Positions 1 through 5,424 of a DNA stretch of 10,374 nt are shown piece by piece (within the stretch, counting starts at the first letter, position 1; every line of letters starts with the position of its first letter). The stretch is from a virus (lineage: Duplodnaviria > Heunggongvirae > Uroviricota > Caudoviricetes). The stretch covers positions 1-10,374 of the IMG/VR virus record IMGVR_UViG_3300033153_006784; one strand, written 5' to 3'. The notes beneath the pieces are model-generated. The model worked only from the letters and a program-made list of their open reading frames with translations. It was not told where the DNA came from and did no database searches. Both the position numbers and the translations under genes were made by a program.

Positions 1-216
1 CGTTTAACTACTTCTAGAGTTCGATGGATTTTAGGAATGAAAGTTAATAGTGTCGGTGCAATTGTCAATTCAATACCTTTAGATGATAATGATATAATTA
101 GAAGAGATGAACTATTAACTGATGGTAATCATCACTTTAGAAATCATTTCAAGTGGGGATTAGAGAGACTTCTGTCATTAGGTTATGAAGTGCCAGCAAA
201 AGAACTATTAATCTAA
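1..216 (+). CDS. 3' end of a hypothetical protein (71 aa visible, begins upstream of the window)
   Basis: Frame 1 is open from base 1 (RLTTSRVRWILGMKVNSVGAIVNSIPLDDNDIIRRDELLTDGNHHFRNHFKWGLERLLSLGYEVPAKELLI) to TAA at 214-216. The stop abuts the promoter repeat in the same way as other genes here. No family recognised. Confidence 0.75.
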   Translation, partial: RLTTSRVRWILGMKVNSVGAIVNSIPLDDNDIIRRDELLTDGNHHFRNHFKWGLERLLSLGYEVPAKELLI

Positions 217-236
217 CCACAACCTTTTTATACTCT
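214..236 (+). repeat. 23-bp perfect direct repeat, copy 1 (TAACCACAACCTTTTTATACTCT)
   Basis: Identical to 569-591. It begins with the stop codon of the upstream gene and contains the TATA box. Confidence 0.95.
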
Positions 237-256
237 GTTTTTATATAATCTTAACA
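217..256 (+). promoter_or_regulatory. Archaeal-type promoter P1 (BRE/TATA-like AACCTTTTTATA plus downstream TATAAT)
   Basis: TTTATA at 227, TATAAT at 244-249, ATG at 257 (30 nt after the TATA start, implying a leaderless transcript). The motif recurs nine times in the window. Confidence 0.75.
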
Positions 257-571
257 ATGGCAATACTTGAAAATATGATCAAAAATGCACAACCTGATCA
301 AATAACTGCTTTGGAGAATTTTATTGAAGATAATCCATGTTTTAATGATCTTCTTCCAATTATTAAATTACATCAAAAATTACCAGATATAACCCAAATC
401 CTTAGAAAACACTCTGTATATGTGAAAAGAGACAAAGGAAATACGTGGGGATATAGACACGTTAAAGTAAAAGGACTTGATCACAGATTAAATGAAATAA
501 CGGGAACTTTAATTTTCGTTCATAATAAACCATACGACAGAATTGAAGTTAGAGAAATACCAGAAGAATAA
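257..571 (+). CDS. Hypothetical protein, 104 aa
   Basis: ORF track. Own promoter at the typical distance, flanked by the 23-bp direct repeats. No family recognised. Confidence 0.8.
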   Translation: MAILENMIKNAQPDQITALENFIEDNPCFNDLLPIIKLHQKLPDITQILRKHSVYVKRDKGNTWGYRHVKVKGLDHRLNEITGTLIFVHNKPYDRIEVREIPEE

Positions 572-591
572 CCACAACCTTTTTATACTCT
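569..591 (+). repeat. 23-bp perfect direct repeat, copy 2
   Basis: TAACCACAACCTTTTTATACTCT, identical to 214-236. Looser similarity continues about 17 nt further (T-run, TATAAT, TCTT). Confidence 0.95.
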
Positions 592-615
592 ATTTTTTAT
601 AATATCTTGATTATA
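572..615 (+). promoter_or_regulatory. Archaeal-type promoter P2
   Basis: TTTATA at 582, TATAAT at 598-603, ATG at 616 (34 nt). Confidence 0.75.
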
Positions 616-744
616 ATGTTAGAATGGACACTATGGGTAAATATTAGCATTGCAGGTCTAGCATTTTGTACACTAATATTAACGGTAACTGTTTTAAAAT
701 TATGGGAAGATTATACTAAAAGAATAATGGAAGTGACAAATTGA
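616..744 (+). CDS. Small single-pass membrane protein, 42 aa (not in ORF track)
   Basis: Manual translation MLEWTLWVNISIAGLAFCTLILTVTVLKLWEDYTKRIMEVTN. It has a hydrophobic stretch of about 22 aa, sits at promoter distance from P2, and its TGA (742-744) overlaps the TTG start of the next gene (TTGA coupling). Confidence 0.75.
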   Translation: MLEWTLWVNISIAGLAFCTLILTVTVLKLWEDYTKRIMEVTN

Positions 745-1400
745 GTACATGGGAAAGTCAAAGAAGAGTATGGAAAGCATTCGACTTTGCATTAGAAAAA
801 CATATAAATCAAAAAGATGATAATGAAGAATCATATTTCCATGCACACTGTATGCACGTTGCTGATATCCTTAGAGGATTTATGAGAGAACGTGACGATA
901 ATCTACTTTGTGCCGGATACTTACACGATACAATCGAGGACACAGACACAACTTACGAGGAACTTGTCACACAATTCAATAAAGATATTGCCGACTTAGT
1001 AATGGAAGTCACTCATGAGGGAAAGAAAGACAACTATGGTTATTATTTTCCACGACTGAAAACAAAACGTGGAATACTCCTAAAATATGCTGATAGAATG
1101 TCTAATCTTTCAAGGATGGAAGCATGGAACCCTAGCAGACAAGAACAATATATCAGACGTTCTCGATTCTGGAAATACAAAGCTCCAAACCTTATTGATG
1201 CAACACTTAACCCTGAAGGTATAGCTGAAGTTATAACTGAATCAATTGTAAATCTAAAAGTTGATACGTCAGCACTTCCAACAGATTTACGAATGAGACT
1301 CAAAAGCGAAATAGTTAATTACTTGTACACCACTAAGCACATAGACAGGTACAGAACACAAGCGTACTTGGTTAAATTAATTGAGAGGTTGATAAAATGA
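741..1400 (+). CDS. HD-domain hydrolase of the Mesh1/SpoT small alarmone hydrolase type, with a C-terminal extension of about 70 aa
   Basis: Motifs AFDFALEKH-x2-Q...Y..HC..VA.IL, AGYLHDTIEDT, F...IADLV.EVT and LKYADRMSNL match the Rel/SpoT/Mesh1 hydrolase domain (HD, ED and distal D are present). Confidence 0.85.
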   Translation: MSTWESQRRVWKAFDFALEKHINQKDDNEESYFHAHCMHVADILRGFMRERDDNLLCAGYLHDTIEDTDTTYEELVTQFNKDIADLVMEVTHEGKKDNYGYYFPRLKTKRGILLKYADRMSNLSRMEAWNPSRQEQYIRRSRFWKYKAPNLIDATLNPEGIAEVITESIVNLKVDTSALPTDLRMRLKSEIVNYLYTTKHIDRYRTQAYLVKLIERLIK

Positions 1401-1645
1401 TGATAGACGAACACCGACTACTTTATCTTTGTGAAAGATGTGGTGGCGAATGTAATAAACCATGTGAAGCCTTCAAAAAACTTGATGAATTATTAACATC
1501 AACAGAAAATAGGAAAACAGCCATTGAAGAAGCTATAACAAAATTTAAATATGATCCATATTTCCTAATAGAATCAATGACTCGATTAGAAGGTAGAAAA
1601 CAATCATACGATAACTTATTAAAAATCTTATTGGAGATCGAATAA
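1397..1645 (+). CDS. Small Cys-rich, probably Zn-binding, hypothetical protein, 82 aa
   Basis: CERCGGECNKPC (C-x2-C-x3-C-x3-C). ATGA overlap with the upstream gene, and the stop directly abuts the next ATG. Confidence 0.75.
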   Translation: MMIDEHRLLYLCERCGGECNKPCEAFKKLDELLTSTENRKTAIEEAITKFKYDPYFLIESMTRLEGRKQSYDNLLKILLEIE

Positions 1646-2698
1646 ATGAAACATGATATGTTGCCCGAAACGGCACAAAAATACGTAGTCAAAAGATTAA
1701 CAGACTTGTTATCTACAACAACTTTAGAATTTGAGGTAGAACCCGCAGGTTCAATTGTACTTGGAACATACGTGGGTGAACCCGATATAGATGTTTTCAT
1801 CAAAACTAAAGCTAAAAATATTGAAGGAATATTTGAATTGGTAAAAACAGCTTACGATGGATATATAAAAATCGGTGCATTAAAAATCTTCGCAACAAGC
1901 GTTGACAACTATGATGTAGATATAGTAATTGTTGATGGTGATGATCCAAAGACACAAACACTATTACACACTTCATATTTCAAGGACAAACTTACAGATA
2001 TTCAGAAAACGGTAATAAAGAGATTAAAAAAACGCTTTAAAAGTGCAAATTGTTATGGTGCAGAAACAGGTGGAATTACGGGAATTGCAATTACAACAAT
2101 AGTGTCACAATATACTAGCACAACTACCATATCAGAGTTAGAAAACTGTGTTTACAGACATTTAAGAGGTGCGGAATTCGTAGAAGATCCAACATTAAAA
2201 GATCGTAACTTACTAGCGTCAATATTGCCTTTCAGATGGATACAGGTGAGAAATCCAAACACAGTAGGTATGGTAAGTTTCTTAGCAAATCACAACAGAG
2301 TTATATCTATTCCATACGATAAATCATACGGGAAAGATCGCCAATTTCAGAGAGTATATAAAGCTGTAAACAAATCGTTCAATCAAATAAAACAAGATTA
2401 CAGATGGTGGAATCCTAATATTAGATATGATATATATTTCGAAGGTGAAAAAATATACATTGGATATCAAATTGTACCCCATTTAGTATTAAAACCATTT
2501 TGGGAGACAATACCAGTAGATATACTTTCACAGAAAAATAAAGATATCATAATGTCTGTTGAAGGTGCTAATATAACCGGAAACGGACATTACATAAATT
2601 ACCCACGATATCCACAACACCCTAGAGTTGAAGAAGCATTCGAGCATCATTTGATACATGAAATAGAATCTCACTGTAATGCAAGAATTGTAAAATAA
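1646..2698 (+). CDS. cca: Archaeal class I CCA-adding enzyme-like (tRNA nucleotidyltransferase, Pol-beta fold), compact and divergent
   Basis: AGSIVLGTY...PDIDVFI (GS plus DxD), third carboxylate in DVDIV, T..H motif (TLLHTSY), LKKRFKSANCYGAETGGITG resembling the LK.FLK..G.YGAE...GFSG motif, and EDPTLKDRNLLA resembling DPVD..RNVAA of archaeal CCA enzymes. At 350 aa it is shorter than typical archaeal CCA enzymes (about 440 aa). Confidence 0.8.
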   Translation: MKHDMLPETAQKYVVKRLTDLLSTTTLEFEVEPAGSIVLGTYVGEPDIDVFIKTKAKNIEGIFELVKTAYDGYIKIGALKIFATSVDNYDVDIVIVDGDDPKTQTLLHTSYFKDKLTDIQKTVIKRLKKRFKSANCYGAETGGITGIAITTIVSQYTSTTTISELENCVYRHLRGAEFVEDPTLKDRNLLASILPFRWIQVRNPNTVGMVSFLANHNRVISIPYDKSYGKDRQFQRVYKAVNKSFNQIKQDYRWWNPNIRYDIYFEGEKIYIGYQIVPHLVLKPFWETIPVDILSQKNKDIIMSVEGANITGNGHYINYPRYPQHPRVEEAFEHHLIHEIESHCNARIVK

Positions 2699-2731
2699 CA
2701 ATCTTTTTATACTACTTCCCTTTTTTATAAT
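2699..2731 (+). promoter_or_regulatory. Archaeal-type promoter P3
   Basis: CAATCTTTTTATACT directly after the TAA stop. TTTATA at 2706, TATAAT at 2726-2731, ATG at 2732 (26 nt) or 2741 (35 nt). Confidence 0.7.
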
Positions 2732-3076
2732 ATGATCATTATGTTTAATAAAGATGATTCACCTTTCAGTACGCAAGACATCGCCAATTTTGTATCAATG
2801 ATGGGAATGATGAAAAAGATAACTCCAATAGCTAAAGAACTTGTGAATGAAATGATACCCGAAATTTTAAGTATCATTGAAGATACAGTCGTACCTATAT
2901 GTGAATTTAATGCTAAATACAGCAGAACTATGCTTGACAAACTTTTAGAGCAAGAATTTACAAGGTCAGAAGCCATTGCAATAATGACTAAAAGACAGGA
3001 TAGATCAGTTCCGCAAGTTGGAATTACACCTAAAAGCGGGTTCTTCGACAAGTTCTTCAATAGGAGTAATAAATAG
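2732..3076 (+). CDS. Hypothetical protein, 114 aa (start could be the in-frame ATG at 2741)
   Basis: ORF track, promoter P3 and helical amphipathic character. No family recognised. Confidence 0.75.
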   Translation: MIIMFNKDDSPFSTQDIANFVSMMGMMKKITPIAKELVNEMIPEILSIIEDTVVPICEFNAKYSRTMLDKLLEQEFTRSEAIAIMTKRQDRSVPQVGITPKSGFFDKFFNRSNK

Positions 3077-3085
3077 GGGAAAAAC

Positions 3086-3685
3086 ATGTTTGTATTAGAG
3101 ACAGCAATCCTTATTTTTATTTTTCTAGTCTTATCAGCAAAGTGGAACAAGTTGCTTCCGATTCCATTAATACTAACAGTTCTAGCTATGGGCTTTATGG
3201 TTGTTGAAATATACACTTATCAAGAAACAACAAGAGTTATACCTACATCTGGAATTGTAGCATTTAGCAATAATGAAAGTATAGCATTTACATTTTATCA
3301 AGATATTACAAGAACAAAAGTATTTGAACATGGTTATTGGGGAATGATAGAAGTTGGCGGAACCAGTCACATATCTGTATATTTAGCAAATGAAGGATCA
3401 GTTCCTTTTTGGGGTTATACGTCAGGAATTGATTGGAACCCTATACATGCCGGAAATTATATTCAAATTACGTCAGACTTTGGAGATGAACCAATATATC
3501 CACAAAGAATACGCAAAGTTACATTCCAATTAGACGTTTCCTCTAGTGTGGCAAACTCACAACCGTTGATAGAGGACTTTGGTTTTGATATATTTTTCAA
3601 CGCTAGAGACGAACCAATAGAATACTTTGAGTTAACAATTGATGTAGTTGGCGAAGGAACCGTAGATGTACAGGTTAATCCGTAA
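3086..3685 (+). CDS. Membrane-anchored or secreted beta-rich surface protein, 199 aa
   Basis: Purine-rich SD-like GGGGA upstream. The hydrophobic N-terminus has two segments, followed by a beta-strand pattern (SHISVYLANEGSVP...WNP..AGNYIQITSD...KVTFQLDVSS...FGFDIFF) that I recall from archaeal (Bathyarchaeia-like) hypothetical surface proteins; this is not verified. Confidence 0.75.
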   Translation: MFVLETAILIFIFLVLSAKWNKLLPIPLILTVLAMGFMVVEIYTYQETTRVIPTSGIVAFSNNESIAFTFYQDITRTKVFEHGYWGMIEVGGTSHISVYLANEGSVPFWGYTSGIDWNPIHAGNYIQITSDFGDEPIYPQRIRKVTFQLDVSSSVANSQPLIEDFGFDIFFNARDEPIEYFELTIDVVGEGTVDVQVNP

Positions 3686-3722
3686 CATTTATATAACACT
3701 TGCCCTCTTTTTATTACTACTA
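3686..3722 (+). promoter_or_regulatory. Archaeal-type promoter P4
   Basis: CATTTATATAAC directly after the TAA stop at 3683-3685. TTTATA at 3688, in-frame ATG at 3723 (35 nt). Confidence 0.6.
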
Positions 3723-4088
3723 ATGATAATTCCCGTATTAATAATAATTGGAATATTCATACTCCTACTCTATTTGGGGAAGATAGTTTATGACGCAACT
3801 TTGACCATTGCAACCGATAAGAACCTGTACGCCAGAGGCGAAGATACAGATATTACAGGTCATTTAGAAACGACTGGCGGAGTCCCGCTAGTTGGTAAGG
3901 CGGTATCAATCGTCGTTAATCCGCCCGTTGGAGATGCTTATGTTTTACCTATAGCAATCACCGATGCAAGTGGAAATTTTCAAGTAAGTCCGGCATGGGT
4001 CGTACCGTCCGGTGCTGAACTAGGTGTCTATACTCTATCGGCTGCAAGCGAAGGTCAAACTGCTAATGCAACCTTTACACCCATTTAG
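3723..4088 (+). CDS. Membrane-anchored Ig-like (S-layer/MG2-like beta-sandwich) protein, about 121 aa; start re-called from 3666 to 3723
   Basis: N-terminal hydrophobic helix MIIPVLIIIGIFILLLYLG, then TDKNLYARGE..ITG...G.P....VSIVV.PP.G...TDASGNF...VPSGAELGVYTLSA...A.ATF, a typical Ig-like fold pattern. The ATG at 3723 fits promoter P4 spacing. Confidence 0.75.
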   Translation: MIIPVLIIIGIFILLLYLGKIVYDATLTIATDKNLYARGEDTDITGHLETTGGVPLVGKAVSIVVNPPVGDAYVLPIAITDASGNFQVSPAWVVPSGAELGVYTLSAASEGQTANATFTPI

Positions 4089-4107
4089 AGTAGGAATTTG
4101 AGTATAG

Positions 4108-4150
4108 ATACCTTTATATAAGAGTCTTATAATATAGGTTAACGATCAGT
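4108..4150 (+). promoter_or_regulatory. Archaeal-type promoter P5
   Basis: ATACCTTTATATAAG with TTTATA at 4113, TATAAT at 4128-4133, ATG at 4151 (38 nt). Confidence 0.65.
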
Positions 4151-4429
4151 ATGGAAATAGTATTGCCTGAATTTGGCAAAAAAAGATCATCACTTGAAAT
4201 AAGTGCACAAATTTTAGAAAGTTGTATTAAACCCAACATTCCAACAAGAATTATGTATGCTAACAATCTTTCATGGGTATTGTCTAAAAGACATCTAAAG
4301 GAATTGTCTGATAAGGGTTACTTACAAATATTGAAAATCCCAGACAACAGAATTAAAGAAGCCTATATGACAAGTGATAAAGGTAAAGACTTAATACGAA
4401 AACTTAGAGATTTAGATGTAGATTTATAA
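4151..4429 (+). CDS. Winged helix-turn-helix transcriptional regulator, archaeal COG3432/HTH_45 type
   Basis: KKRSSLEISAQILE...PTRIMYANNLSW...RHLKELSDKGYL...YMTSDKGKDLI matches the RRS.LEI..IL...T.IMY.ANLS...YL..L..KGL...Y.IT.KG pattern. Confidence 0.85.
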   Translation: MEIVLPEFGKKRSSLEISAQILESCIKPNIPTRIMYANNLSWVLSKRHLKELSDKGYLQILKIPDNRIKEAYMTSDKGKDLIRKLRDLDVDL

Positions 4430-5034
4430 TGATACGCAGAAATAAACATCAAAGATATCTTGACGCTTTAATAGGTTGTAGAAGAATTGTCTCGATAACA
4501 CAATTTATGAATGTCGCTAATGTAGACTCTAAAAATTCAGACATTTTACTAAAAAGAGCGATAAGTAAAGGACATATTCAATTATATACTGCGAAATCCC
4601 AAAAAACTCCCGGTGGCGGAGCCAACTCATACAAATATAGACCTATGAGAAACTGGTACAAAACTACACAATTAGGAGAAGAATATATCATAAAAGCAAA
4701 AGAATTACATGATACTTTCAATGATCTTAATCTTGCACCAACATTAGGTTGGAACTTTATCAATAACAAAGTATTTGGACATCGATTACTTAGACCAGCC
4801 AGAAGAAAAAAATGGGTATTAGATGAAGATTCTCTCCCGAAAGAAATAATAGACGTACCATCTAATCAAATAGTAATAAAAAATGTAACAAGAAAAGATC
4901 AAGTTTTATCTAAAGCACAAGTTCCTATATTGGCTGACACAACAGGTTATCTGTGGGAAAAAGAACAACCTAAACATAACGAATACCAACCTTGGAAAAG
5001 AATGTACGAAAATAAGAACAACAAGGCCGAGTAG
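4429..5034 (+). CDS. Second, divergent winged-helix protein with a wing insertion and a C-terminal tail of about 100 aa
   Basis: RRNKHQRYLDAL...SITQFMNVANV...LLKRAISKGHI...WYKTTQLGEEYI parallels the upstream wHTH pattern. TAATG coupling. The last 10 nt overlap the tRNA. Confidence 0.65.
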   Translation: MIRRNKHQRYLDALIGCRRIVSITQFMNVANVDSKNSDILLKRAISKGHIQLYTAKSQKTPGGGANSYKYRPMRNWYKTTQLGEEYIIKAKELHDTFNDLNLAPTLGWNFINNKVFGHRLLRPARRKKWVLDEDSLPKEIIDVPSNQIVIKNVTRKDQVLSKAQVPILADTTGYLWEKEQPKHNEYQPWKRMYENKNNKAE

Positions 5035-5099
5035 CACACTGGAGATGCACCACGCTTCTAACGTGGACTAAGAGGGTTCGATTCCCTTCTCGGCTACCA
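5025..5099 (+). tRNA. tRNA-Arg(UCU): tRNA-Arg (anticodon UCU), intronless, CCA encoded
   Basis: Acceptor stem GGCCGAG/CTCGGCT, D-stem GCA/TGC with GG in the loop, anticodon stem CCACG/CGTGG with loop CTTCTAA (TCT at 5057-5059), T-arm GAGGG-TTCGATT-CCCTT, discriminator A5096 and CCA at 5097-5099. A20 after the D-loop GG is consistent with Arg identity. Confidence 0.92.
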
Positions 5100-5100
5100 T

Positions 5101-5139
5101 AACCTTTTTATAATACATTTCTATAATATTTTATTGTGA
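5101..5139 (+). promoter_or_regulatory. Archaeal-type promoter P6 (the T-run may also terminate the tRNA transcript)
   Basis: AACCTTTTTATAAT immediately after the tRNA CCA. TTTATA at 5107, TATAAT at 5122-5127, GTG at 5140 (33 nt). Confidence 0.7.
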
Positions 5140-5424
5140 GTGTTAGACATGGGTATAGAAGATAACATTAAGAACATTAAACCGCCCAGACTAACTTATT
5201 GTCCTTACATTAAAGGGCATAAGGATTTTGGCAATACGCAATGTTCTGAACAGATTACTAGAATGTTTTTTCAAAGACTATGTAATACAGGTGCTTATGA
5301 ACAATGTAAAATCTGTGCTAAGAAGCATAACGAGTTGAAAAATCCTATCGCATGGCTACAAAAAGAAGCAGTAGATAAAGAAAATAAAAGAAATCCAAAA
5401 GAAAAGGGTAGTAATGATTTATGA
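5140..5424 (+). CDS. Cys/His-rich, probably Zn-binding, hypothetical protein, 94 aa
   Basis: CPY...H...C...C...CKIC..H. First gene after P6, with an ATGA overlap into pncB. Confidence 0.75.
   Translation: MLDMGIEDNIKNIKPPRLTYCPYIKGHKDFGNTQCSEQITRMFFQRLCNTGAYEQCKICAKKHNELKNPIAWLQKEAVDKENKRNPKEKGSNDL

Noticed and set aside
1646-2698. cGAS/CD-NTase (CBASS) annotation
   Set aside because: The motif set (YGAE..G.TG, DP...RN) fits archaeal class I CCA enzymes better, and no CBASS effector or Cap2/Cap3 gene is adjacent. Altered activity is kept as a finding.
3666-3722. ORF-track start at 3666
   Set aside because: It overlaps the upstream gene and runs through a TATA box whose spacing fits the ATG at 3723.
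5025-5110. tRNA as an integration (att) site or element boundary
   Set aside because: There is no integrase and no duplicated tRNA fragment, and promoter style and composition are the same on both sides.
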